Source: Macrostomum lignano
Lineage: Eukaryota
Reading direction: 5' to 3'
Length of the DNA stretch: 64,000 bases
NCBI GenBank assembly: GCA_002269645.1
Contig: NIVC01003682.1
Coordinates: 19,138-83,137, forward strand
Shown: in pieces, positions 34,362 to 45,160 of the stretch
Position numbering within the stretch: the stretch's first letter is position 1
How the letters are laid out: every line of letters starts with the position of its first letter
Made by a program: the position numbers and the translations under genes
Notes under the pieces: model-generated
Seen by the model: only the letters and a program-made list of their open reading frames with translations
The model's database searches: none
What the model was told of the DNA's origin: nothing

Positions 34362-36021
34362 TATTGTCTATGATTCACTGTCATTTGTGGGAGATTCTTC
34401 AATTTAGACTACTGAGAAAAGTAGACGAATAAAGATTTTTATTGTAAAATCCTTCAGATCTCTCTCACGACAAAAGAATGTCTCCATAAAATAACCGTCT
34501 GTGCACACTAAGAGTGGTGGGAGAGGACGGCGTGTGGCTTATGGCCGACTGTGGCTGTGGCAAATGAACCAGAGACCTGTCTGCTGTCTCTGTCTGTGCA
34601 AGGTTCGATCGAGTACAGCATTTTTTGTCATGCTAAGATAGACAACAGGCTTCGAAAATTTTGCCTTTGAAATTTTAGTATTGATTCGTTTGTGCCGGAG
34701 ACAATACGCAAATTTGTAACTGAAACACTCACTCTGTTAAGAGACAAACAAACTTGCGTTTAAAATATAAATTGCAAGTTTGGGTGTCCCAGATGTATTC
34801 CAGGCCTGCTTATCTTAGTCGACTTTTTCAATCATATTTGCATGTTGTCTATGGCCCAACTCTGTTCTATGGGCTTTCAACTTGGGATTTCCGTTTTCTA
34901 ACTTAGTGCGTCATGACAAAAGCAATGATCGCCTACTGATTAGTAGTAGGGAAAGAATGTGAAGAGACAAACACAGACAAGGACTACTTAAGTAAAAGGA
35001 CAGGAACTACGTTTCTTGGAAAAGTTTTAGGAGGCTGGTTTTTATCGAAAAATACATTTGCGGATATCAAATTAACATGGAATCCTGATTTTCTGAACAA
35101 TAGCTTTAAATATATATAAAAAGCGTATAAGAAAGGCAAGCTATACCAAAAGATGAACACTGGGTTTTCCTTCTATCAAAAGCAATAACAATTTCCGTAT
35201 TGTACTTTTTCAGTAAAACCTGCCTCCTAACTTTTTTAAGAAACCTTTGAGTGTGTGTTCAGATGTGTAAATTATGCTAGCTAGCCTACTAACCAGTAGC
35301 AAGGAAAGAATACATGACGCAAATCTGAATTGAGTGCAAATTTTTCAAAGTAGTAAGTAAGAATGGTGTAAATTGTTTTTGAAAGAGTCGCATTCCCATA
35401 CCTCTTTACCCCGATCTCTGTTGTTGTTGTTTTTTTAACTTAAGTACCAACGGCGTGAGTGTCACTATGCCTCTGGTTTTGGCCTCGTCAGTTAACTCAG
35501 AATTCTAAAAAATGTTTTTTTCAACGTTTCCCTCTGCTGCTTCCTTTGTCGTTGTTTTTAAAAACCTATTCTATTGCTGGTTAGATGCTGACACTACTGG
35601 CAGATTGTGTGAGCGTTTTGTTTTAACTGTTGCAATATTATTGATTTGGCCATTTTAGATTTTGATGCTTCAATTCTGATTGCTTGCGCATGGCGAGTGT
35701 TTTTATAACGCCTATATGCTTTCAGCACCTGCTTGCTCTGCATACACGCCCAATGGCCTAGTCTCGTCTCATTGCTGAGCCTGTGTAAAATATAACTGTT
35801 TGAGTTTTATTGTGTAACTTACTGTATTGCGTTATCTCTGTCTTTGCCTGACTCTTAGTATTGAATCTCTCCCCTGCTGGCAATGCCTGCTGGCTTCATC
35901 CTGGATTTGTCCTAGTTGATGAGCAAAGCCTGTCTGCTAGCTGACGTTCGAATTGCCCTAATTGTTGAAGATTTCTCCAGGCTGTACCTGTCCAGTGCTT
36001 ATAGACTCCACTTGTCGCTAG

Positions 36022-36149
36022 TTAGTTAGTTTACTTGTTAGTAGGTTAGTAAGTTATTTAGTTATTTAGTTAGTTAATCAGTCAGTCAGTCAGTCAGTCA
36101 GTCAGTTAGTTAGTTAGTTGGTCAGTCAGTCAGTCAGTCAGTCAGTTAG

Positions 36150-36188
<39 letters not shown>

Positions 36189-36245
36189 TTTAGTTAGTTA
36201 GTTATTTAGTTAGTTAATCAGTCAGTCAGTCAGTCAGTCAGTTAG

Positions 36246-36288
<43 letters not shown>

Positions 36289-36355
36289 TTTAGTTAGTTA
36301 ATCAGTCAGTCAGTCAGTCAGTCAGTCAGTTAGTTAGTTGGTCAGTCAGTCAGTC

Positions 36356-36396
<41 letters not shown>

Positions 36397-36455
36397 ATCA
36401 GTCAGTCAGTCAGTCAGTCAGTCAGTTAGTTAGTTGGTCAGTCAGTCAGTCAGTC

Positions 36456-36507
<52 letters not shown>

Positions 36508-37005
36508 GGTCAGTCAGTCAGTCAGTCAGTCAGTCAGTTAGTTAGTTGGTCAGTCAGTCAGTCAGTCAGTCAGTCAGTCAGTCAGTTAGTTAGTTGGTCA
36601 GTCAGTCAGTCAGTTAGTCAGTCAGTCAGTCAGGCAGTCAGTCAGGCAGTCAGTCAGTCAGTCAGGCAGTCAGTCAGTCAGTCATTTAGTCAGTCAGTCA
36701 GGCAGTCAGTCAGTCAGTCAGGCAGTCAATAAGTCAGTCAGTCAGGCAGTCAGTCAGTCAGTCATTTAGGCAGTCAGTCAGTCAGTCAGTCAGTCAGTCA
36801 GTCAGGCAGTCAGTCAGTCAGTCAGTCAGTCAGTCAGTCAGTCAGTCAGTCAGTCAGTCAGTCAGGCAGTCAGTCAGTCAGTCAGTCATTTAGTCAGTCA
36901 GTCAGGCAGTCAGTCAGTCAGTCAGGCAGTCAGTCAGTCAGTCAGTCAGTCAGTCAGGCAGGCAGTCAGTCAGTTAGTCAGTCAGGCAGGCAGTCAGTCA
37001 GTCAG
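36022..37005 (+). repeat. Compound tetranucleotide microsatellite (GTTA)n/(GTCA)n/(GGCA), ~1 kb
   Basis: Read directly. Confidence 0.95.
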
Positions 37006-37894
37006 CTAGTTTCAAGAACAGGCTTTGGTCACTGTCGTAAGCCCTAACGCGCGCAGGGTGTGCGGCTGCCCTGGCTTTCTCATTGTAAAGCACGCGCGCC
37101 CTCAGCCTTGGGGGTTGGCCCTCATAACGGCTTGAATCGCACGACAAGCACCAAATGGAGTCGAGTCTGTGTGGCAGGGGAGTTTGGCACTGTACATACC
37201 AAATCTGTTAATACTTGGCGTCAGCAAGCTTCACACCGGTTTGTGCAGTTAAATTCAAAACCGCACGCTGTCGTTGTGCTTTTCACTAAGAAGTTAGTCT
37301 CGTCTGTTTTATTGTTTATTAACTTTGTTTTAACAATGGTTTATTAGTCGCATCCGGTCGGCTTCAAATGCCCTTTATTGTCCCAAGTTGAGGGATTTTT
37401 CCCTTCGTCTCTGGCAGATTCTAATGTTAATACTGTTGTTTAGATTTGTCAATAGCGTCTTGTTTATATTCGTCTCTAGCATGTATAACTACGCTTAGTC
37501 AGGTCTTATTTTTGTTTGTCTAACAAATAGGATTGCAGACTTGGATCGTGACCTGTTTAATTTCAGTATGGCATATTTTATTGAGCTGTTTGAAATGCTG
37601 AGTACATGAATATTAGAAATACAGTACATTCAAGTTGCCATTGTATTCAATGCCGTGCTAATTAACGTTGTCGTAAAAAATTGATGCTAAAAATAGTTTT
37701 CATTTCCTTTGTTTGATTTTGTCATTTTTGCGCTACTAATAGTAGTTAAATAATATATCATCTCAACTTCGAATTTGTCAATGGTGAATTGAAATTTGTC
37801 GGCTGACAGGTCTTCACGGGTAATTTGACAGTTAATTCAAAATGTCTGCGTGCGCCAGACAGGGAGGTCAGCAGGAGCAACAGGAAAATCTGCA

Positions 37895-40800
37895 CACGGT
37901 AATACGGAGCTGGCCCACAGGCTGGCCTCCCTGCTCCCCGCCGCTATACTCCTTCAGGAAACCAAGCTTAAGAAAGAAGAAGATTATAACCCGCCGTGGG
38001 GATACGTAGTGGCCTCCAGGGAAGACGGAGTGCATAACGCCGGCCCCGATGACCGCGCTGTCGTGACACCTGCTCACCCCAATCGGCCACCCGACACTAA
38101 CGGTACAGGCGCCGCCGGGACACGACGCCGTACCAACCCGCGCTGCCGGCTGAGATTCCCAGGACTCCGCGAAAACTGGTGCGCCGGATGTCGCAGCGGC
38201 CGTACCGCCTGCAGCGTCCGTTTCACACCATGGCATGGCGCAGACAACCAATCTGTTCAAACCAGTGCATCCGGACGAGAAATCACCAGCACGCCACCGC
38301 CAGCCCAGCCCACTATCCCAAAAACCAACAAAAAAATTACAGGACGGGGAGGTACTATGGTGCTCGTCCGCGATGACGTCCAGTACGACAGACTCAAAGT
38401 CGATAGAGAACACGACCTCCTGGACGTTGCCGCCTGCCGCATCCGCCTCAAAGGACAGCAGCCGATCGTGATAGCATCTATCTATGCACCACCATCCAGC
38501 TGCCAACGCCCCGATAACACCTGGCAACCCAGCTTCACCAATCTCCCGACTACCGGTAGAGTCATCCTCGGAGGCGACTACAACGCACACGGAAGCTGGG
38601 ACCGCCACATTGATGAAGATCTCAGAGGCCAGACCGTCGACGAGTGGGTCGCCCGCAATGGGCTCGTCATCTGCAATACCACCTGCCACACACGCACCTG
38701 CCCCAGTACTGGCCGCCTCAGTAGCCCAGACGTGACCATCTGTATTAGCACCATTGCCGGATCCATCACGGACTCCTGGAAGACGCTACCAGACTGGGGA
38801 AGCGATCACCTGCCGATCGTTTTCGGCCTCCCAGCCTCTAACACCGGAAAGACCCGTCACTGCGGGCAAAAACGCTGGATCTATAAGAAGGCAGACTGGG
38901 GAGCCTTCAGGGAGTCGCTAAATACCTGGGAAGAATCCGAACGCAACGACACCACCTTAAACACAGAGGCCACACGCCTTGCCGAAGCCATCCTGAACTC
39001 AGCAAGACTTGCCATCCCGCGCAGCTCCGGGAAAGAGACGAGACGCCTGCCGTTCTGGAACGACGCCTGCGAGGAGGCCTCCAAAACTACACGTTCCGCG
39101 AGACAATCCGCAGAAAAAGAACCGACACCAGAAAATATTATTGCCGCAAACAGAGCCCGCCACAACGCCTCAGGCTGTCTCCGGAGGGAGAAAAAAGCCT
39201 TCCTGTTCGACAAAGCGGCAAATTTCAGACAGGACTCGGACATTTTTGGCTTACTCCGCGCTATGAGAGGCGATGGTTTTAAAACTCCGGACCCGGCTGC
39301 CATCGTCAGGGCCGCCTCCCCAGAATCGCCGGAGCGCACCGCCCGCACTAACAAAGAGAAGGCCGAACTCTTTTGCCAACTCTACGCCGAAGTTAGCCGA
39401 GTCCCCAGACGGAAAAATGACTCGGCCATCAGATACGAAGCGAACGAGGCCACCACGCCTATGGGTGACCCCCAAACAGACGGCCCGGACGCCCCTTTCG
39501 AGATCGACGAGCTCCGCGCCGCTATCCGATGTCTCAAATCAGGGAAGGCTGTGGGAACCGACGGTGTCTCCAACGAGATGCTTAAACGCCTCCCGCCGGC
39601 CGCTGACAAAGCCTTACTCAGCCTCATCAACCGCACCTGGCGGGAGGGCAAAACACCTACCAGCTGGCGAATTGGCACCATTATACCGATCCAGAAAAAA
39701 GGGAAAGACGCCGCATCACCGGATAACTACCGCCCCGTCGCACTTACCAGCTGCATCGCCAAGTGCGCGGAGCGCATGGTTCTGGCTCGTCTTAATTATG
39801 ACCTGGAGAGCCGTGGCGGCCTCACGCCCACTCAAGCTGGCTTTCGTCGCGGTCGTAGCACCGAGGAACAGCTCGCGCGAGTCTGCCAAGCCATTTTTGA
39901 TGGCCTCGAGAGTCTACCGGCGCTACGCAGCATCCTCTGCCTCCTCGACTTCTGCCGAGCGTATGACAGAGTATGGCGCCTGGCCCTGTATGCCAAAATG
40001 CACCGCATGGGCATCCCGAAGCGCATCATCCGCTGGATCCGCGGCTTCCTGTCGGACCGTCACAACGCAGTCCGCTGGGTTAACGCCACGAGCCGCAACA
40101 GAGTCTTCCGCGAAGGTCTGCCACAGGGCAGTGTGCTAGCGCCCACGCTGTGGAATATCTATGTCAACGATTTAGCCCAAGCAGTCGCCGAGGCGAACCC
40201 TTTGGTCAGCCTCAGTCTCTACGCCGATGACTCGGCCTTACTGGCGACCGCTCGCACACTCGACATCTGTGCCAGAGAACTCCAACCAGCCCTGGATGCA
40301 GTGGCCGACTGGTGCCGAGATTGGAAAGTCTCCATTAGCACTGGGAAATGCTGCTACTCCACCTTCACTCTAGCGGCAAATGAAAACAACGGCAAACGGA
40401 GAGTGAACCTCCAGATCAACGGCGACAAGCTTGCCTTCGATCCAACACCGACCTTCCTGGGACTCACTCTTGACGACAGCCTAAGTTTCAGCCACCATGC
40501 ATCAAAGATCCGTAAAAAGATGGCCGCCCGCAGAAGACCTCTCACTGCCCTCGCTACCAGATCGGCCGGTGCGGACAGTCAGATCCTCCGCATGGCTTAC
40601 ATCGCCACCGTTCGCTCTGTTGCCGACTACGCGTGCGGGGTCTGGGGGTCCTTCACTGCAGCCAGCTCTAAGCTGCTGATTGACCGCCAACAGCACAGCT
40701 GTGCGCGGATCATCACTGGGTGCCTCCAACTTACTCACATCCGGGACCTGCTTGCGGTGGCGAACCTGTCGCCCTTCAGCCACCTGGTGCTACAACGTAG

Positions 40801-41926
40801 TGCGACGCTCAGAGAAAGAATCCTACGTCTCCCGCAGGACACTCCAGCACTTCAGGTCGCCAAAATGGACACCCGACCACGACTGAAGAATCGAGCCTTT
40901 AAGATCCACCAGAGAACACCGAGAGACCCAAAGGACATTGTCACCGTCCTCCACGACTACCAGCGAGAACACCGTGGTTGCTGGCGCCGCGTTAGCCAAG
41001 AGCTCGACAGACAGGGGTTGCTCAACGGCCCCACCAGGGAGCCCGCTCCGCAGCCCCAGCCGCCGTGGACGGCCCACGAAGCGATCACCTTCGACCTCAG
41101 TTTGGCTACGCAGTGCAGCCGCAGCCAGCCCCAGAGCCTCCGCAGCGATACTGCACTGAGGTACCTCGAGGAGCGCGGCTCCCACCCGGTCAGCGTTTGG
41201 ACTGACGGCTCGGCCGCCGGCGGCACATCGGACGGCACCAGCGCAGCGGTGATCATCACCCCATGCTGGGGTCGGGTCGTCACCAGCGCTGCAGGGAACA
41301 TCTGCAGCAGCACCCAGGCGGAACTTCAAGCCATACTGCTTGCCATCCAGAATACCAGAGAGCATCAATGTATCGACATCTTTACTGACTCCCAGGCGGC
41401 CATTTACAACATCATGGCGGGCCAGCGCAGCAACAGCAGAATCGTCTCCGAAATTTGGAACCAGAGTAGCGATCACTCAATCCGCATCACCTGGATACCG
41501 GCTCACTGCGGCATCCCCATGAACGAACGCGCAGATAGGGCGGCTAGATTGGCGACCGCAGATCAGAGCGACCATGGTGCCCCCATCATGGCAGCCAGCG
41601 CATACCTCTGCCGGAAAAGACGTGATCTAGACCTCGAGCTTTGGGGCCGTAAGGCGCCATGGCCAAGACTCCCAACCTTGCCGAGGAAACTTGAGGTCCT
41701 GGTCAACCAGCTCCGCGCCGGATGCAGCAACCTTGCCGCCGCCACTAGACTCCGACTCGGCCTGTCCGACTCCGACGTGTGCCCGGACTGCGGAGCTCGC
41801 GACACCGAGCAGCACATTCTTTTCGACTGCCCACGAGGGTTCGCGGCCCGCCCCGGCGAACAAGACGCACTCCTGGCTGACGCGAGCCTCACCATCAACC
41901 TTCTTCGCAGGCTGGGGCGCATCTAG
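37895..41926 (+). CDS. LINE polyprotein: APE endonuclease (N-terminus missing), RT, RNase H, CCHC finger; uninterrupted
   Basis: ILLQETK, SIYAPP, LGGDYNAH, SPDVT, SDHLPI; GLPQGSVLAPTLW, LYADD; WTDGS, TQAELQAI, FTDSQAA, WIPAHCG, NERAD; CPDC...HILFDC. The first ~15 codons of the listed ORF (37850 start) lie in the flank. Confidence 0.9.
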   Translation, partial: HGNTELAHRLASLLPAAILLQETKLKKEEDYNPPWGYVVASREDGVHNAGPDDRAVVTPAHPNRPPDTNGTGAAGTRRRTNPRCRLRFPGLRENWCAGCRSGRTACSVRFTPWHGADNQSVQTSASGREITSTPPPAQPTIPKTNKKITGRGGTMVLVRDDVQYDRLKVDREHDLLDVAACRIRLKGQQPIVIASIYAPPSSCQRPDNTWQPSFTNLPTTGRVILGGDYNAHGSWDRHIDEDLRGQTVDEWVARNGLVICNTTCHTRTCPSTGRLSSPDVTICISTIAGSITDSWKTLPDWGSDHLPIVFGLPASNTGKTRHCGQKRWIYKKADWGAFRESLNTWEESERNDTTLNTEATRLAEAILNSARLAIPRSSGKETRRLPFWNDACEEASKTTRSARQSAEKEPTPENIIAANRARHNASGCLRREKKAFLFDKAANFRQDSDIFGLLRAMRGDGFKTPDPAAIVRAASPESPERTARTNKEKAELFCQLYAEVSRVPRRKNDSAIRYEANEATTPMGDPQTDGPDAPFEIDELRAAIRCLKSGKAVGTDGVSNEMLKRLPPAADKALLSLINRTWREGKTPTSWRIGTIIPIQKKGKDAASPDNYRPVALTSCIAKCAERMVLARLNYDLESRGGLTPTQAGFRRGRSTEEQLARVCQAIFDGLESLPALRSILCLLDFCRAYDRVWRLALYAKMHRMGIPKRIIRWIRGFLSDRHNAVRWVNATSRNRVFREGLPQGSVLAPTLWNIYVNDLAQAVAEANPLVSLSLYADDSALLATARTLDICARELQPALDAVADWCRDWKVSISTGKCCYSTFTLAANENNGKRRVNLQINGDKLAFDPTPTFLGLTLDDSLSFSHHASKIRKKMAARRRPLTALATRSAGADSQILRMAYIATVRSVADYACGVWGSFTAASSKLLIDRQQHSCARIITGCLQLTHIRDLLAVANLSPFSHLVLQRSATLRERILRLPQDTPALQVAKMDTRPRLKNRAFKIHQRTPRDPKDIVTVLHDYQREHRGCWRRVSQELDRQGLLNGPTREPAPQPQPPWTAHEAITFDLSLATQCSRSQPQSLRSDTALRYLEERGSHPVSVWTDGSAAGGTSDGTSAAVIITPCWGRVVTSAAGNICSSTQAELQAILLAIQNTREHQCIDIFTDSQAAIYNIMAGQRSNSRIVSEIWNQSSDHSIRITWIPAHCGIPMNERADRAARLATADQSDHGAPIMAASAYLCRKRRDLDLELWGRKAPWPRLPTLPRKLEVLVNQLRAGCSNLAAATRLRLGLSDSDVCPDCGARDTEQHILFDCPRGFAARPGEQDALLADASLTINLLRRLGRI

Positions 41927-41989
41927 CGCCCCCGTCCCTTGCAGCCCAGCTGACATCGAGACGTGCGGTGCAGAGAGAGAGAGAGAGAG
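37895..41989 (+). mobile_element. 5'-truncated Ingi/I-group non-LTR retrotransposon with (AG)n tail
   Basis: 13-bp TSD aggaaaatctgca at 37882-37894 and 41990-42002; single long ORF; 7-bp hairpin ggggcgc-atcta-gcgcccc over the stop codon; (AG)n tail. Confidence 0.85.
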
Positions 41990-42317
41990 AGGAAAATCTG
42001 CAACAAGCTTCTGCTGCATTTTTGAGGGTCACAGTCTCTCCTGCACACACCTCATCCACCTCATCAGTTGTCCTCTTGGTGTCCAGTTCTATTGTGAAAT
42101 GACATCATTGTATTGTTAACAAGTATAATCCTGGAATTTTCAAATTTACCCATTTTGTAGATATATTCATTTTGTGGCTCAGAGCTGACACAAGTGTACA
42201 TAGCTATTGAAATTTAAAACAGCCCTGCCAATGCTGATTTATCCGCATATTTGAACTCATGTATTCGCTTTAGTCCATAGACGGGAGTAGCTCTGACAGC
42301 CAGGCCATGTACAGATA

Positions 42318-42875
42318 CAGTTAGGCCATAGACAGATGCAGCCAGGCCATCGACATATACAGCTAGGCCATAGACAGATACAGCTAGGCCATAGACAGAT
42401 ACAGCTAGGCCATAGACAGATACAGCTAGGCCATAGACAGATACAGCTAGGCCATAGACAGATACAGCTAGGCCATAGACAGATACAGCTAGGCCATAGA
42501 CAGATACAGCTAGGCCATAGACAGATACTGCTAGGCCATAGACAGATATTGCTAGGCCATAGACAGATACAGCTAGGCCATAGACAGATACAGCTAGGCC
42601 ATAGACAGATACAGCTAGGCCATAGACAGATACAGCTAGGCCATAGACAGATACAGCTAGGCCATAGACAGATACAGCTAGGCCATAGACAGATACAGCT
42701 AGGCCATAGACAGATACAGCTAGGCCATAGACAGATACAGCTAGGCCATAGACAGATACAGCTAGGCCATAGACAGATACAGCTAGGCCATAGACAGATA
42801 CTGCTAGGCCATAGACAGATACAGCTAGGCCATAGACAGATACAGCTAGGCCATAGACAGATACAGCTATAGGTC
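42318..42875 (+). repeat. 21-bp minisatellite (ggccatagacagatacagcta), ~26 copies
   Basis: Read directly. Confidence 0.95.
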
Positions 42876-43013
42876 ATAGATAGACACACTTAGGCCATAG
42901 ACATGCAGCACGCAGATACAATACTTGTATTCGACAGACAAAGCCTGCAGCCTACATAGCTACAGGCAACCGAGCTGTAACTATATGCTGGCCTAACTGG
43001 CTAACGGTTGCAG

Positions 43014-43560
43014 TCAGTCCTGCCTGGCGAATCTCTCCAGGCTGCCCCGAACTGCGCCGCCGTCTCGGCCGGCCCCAACCCCCGACCCGGCCGCAGCTCG
43101 CTGCCCGCCGAGATCGATGCTGGCCAAGTAGGCGGCCAGTCTGGCCACGTTTGGCTGGCTGAACAGCCAGATGAGGCCCAGCATGGTGCTGAGCACTCCC
43201 AGGCAGCTGCACACTGCGGCCACGCGGCCGTAGGCCACAGCGCGTCGCCTATCAGCGGCCGCTCTCGACGGTTGGCCTTCGGCGTCGCGTCGATCGCCGC
43301 GGGCCAGCAGGCTGTGCGAACGCATCGACAGGGCGACGGCGACGCCGCCTAGCAGGCAGTTGAAGCAGAGTGCCGTCACGGCCGAAACTACAAAGTTGGT
43401 CACTCGGTTGGTGTTGCCCCGGCAGCTGACGGCTCTGGCGGAGGCGCCGGCTCCAAACCGGATTGGGAGGAGGCGCGGCGGAGCGGCGGCGACAGCGGCG
43501 CGGTCGATTCGCGTTTGCTGCGGCTGCTGTAGCTGCCACGGGAGCTCCGGAGCGGCGTCC
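43014..43560 (-). CDS. CD225/dispanin-family two-hydrophobic-segment membrane protein (5' end not resolved)
   Basis: TNFVVSAVTALCFNCLLGGVAVALSMRSHSLLARGDRRDA...AVAYGRVAAVCSCLGVLSTMLGLIWL resembles the CD225 pattern CFxxxLGxxAxxxS...GD...A. The frame is open up to a TAG at ~43603 with no ATG, so an upstream exon is needed. Confidence 0.6.
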
Positions 43561-43689
43561 GGCCTTTGGGCGGTTTTTGTGAATCTTTTCCAAATTTTTC
43601 CCTAATCTTTCCCGAATCTTTCCTGAATCTTTTCTGAATCTTTTTCGAATCTATTTACGCGTAGAATATTTTACACTGGCGCCACTCTT

Positions 43690-44380
43690 ACTGCCCATCT
43701 AGCCCCACTCCTGCTGTCTATCTGGCGCCACTCCTGCAGTCTATCTGGCGCCATTCCTGCTGTCTATCTGGCGCCACTCCTGCTGTCCATCTGGCGCCAC
43801 TCCTGCTGTCCATCTGGCGCCACTCCTGCTGTCTATCTGGCGCCACTCCTGCTGTCCATCTGGCGCCACTCCTGCTGTCTATCTGGCGCCACTCCTGCTG
43901 TCCAACTGGCGCCACTCCTACTGTCCATCTGGCGCCACTCCTGCTGTCTATCTGGCGCCACTCCTACTGTCTATCTGGCGCCACTCCTACTGTCCATCTG
44001 GCACCACTCCTACTGTCCATCTGGCGCCACTCCTGCTGTCTATCTGGCGCCACTCCTACTGTCTATCTGGCGCCACTCCTACTGTCCATCTGGCGCCACT
44101 CCTACTGTCCATCTGGCACCACTCCTACTGTCCAACTGGCGCCACTCCTACTGTCCATCTGGCGCCACTCCTGCTGTCCATCTGGCGCCTGCACTCCTAC
44201 TGTCCATCTGGCGCCACTCCTACTGTCCATCTGGCGCCACTCCTGCTGTCCAACTGGCGCCACTCCTACTGTCCATCTGGCGCCACTCCTGCTGTCCATC
44301 TGGCGCCTTCACTCCTACTGTCCATCTGGCGCCACTCCTACTGTCCATCTGGCGCCCCTCCCGCTGTCCATCTGGCGCCA
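43690..44380 (+). repeat. 23-bp minisatellite (ctggcgccactcctgctgtccat), ~30 copies
   Basis: Read directly. Confidence 0.95.
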
Positions 44381-44653
44381 ACAGAAGGTTTAAGCACTTT
44401 CCGTCAGCCTATAAAACCCCTATTGAACTTTTGCACTTTCTATTCCAAAGAAAGTTTGGTTGTCTTGTCCGCTGTCTTGAGCTTTTCTATCGTATGTTTC
44501 TTGCAAAAGAAAGTAAAAAGTACGAATTCCCCAGTCATTAATTATTCCATTAACTACTCACATTTGAGTCTGGAGAAACTGCGTCAGGACTTGGCTGCTT
44601 TACCAAGGGGCTGCCTGCCGTTGAGGCCAACCTGTTGTGGATGCAGGAGACCC

Positions 44654-44684
<31 letters not shown>

Positions 44685-44814
44685 TCAGGGAAGCTGCTCT
44701 GATGTCCACTTGAAATCGAACTGGACTCGTACGTTTATTAGCCAAGATTTGGATGGGAGTGCAGGGTCTTGGCCTCTCCAAGCTGATTGGATTCTGCCTG
44801 GTGCAAGGAGAGCC

Positions 44815-45160
44815 TCACTCTAGTCTCTCACACTAGCATGTCACTCTAGCCTGTCACTCTAGCCTGTCACTCTAGTCTCTCACTCTAGCATGTCACTCTA
44901 GCCTCTCACTCTAGCAACTCACTTTAGCCTGTCACTCTAGCCTCTCACTCTAGCCTGTTACTCTAGAATGTCACTCTAGCCTGTCACTCTAGCCTCTCAC
45001 TCTAGCCTCTCACTCTAGCCTCTCACTCTAGCCTCTCACTCTAGCCTGTCACTATAGCATGTCACTCTAGCCTCTCACTCTAGCAACTCACTCTAGCCTC
45101 TCACTCTAGTCTCTAACTCTAGCATGTCACTCTAGCCTCTCACTCTAGCCTCTCACTCTT
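44815..45160 (+). repeat. 13-bp minisatellite (tctcactctagcc), ~26 copies
   Basis: Read directly. Confidence 0.9.

Noticed and set aside
38020-38050. 2A-like peptide in the Ingi-like element (VHNAGPD)
   Set aside because: Lacks the required D(V/I)ExNPGP consensus.
37868-41922. Antisense and alternate-frame ORFs over LINE and twitchin coding regions
   Set aside because: Shadow ORFs expected from GC-rich codon usage.
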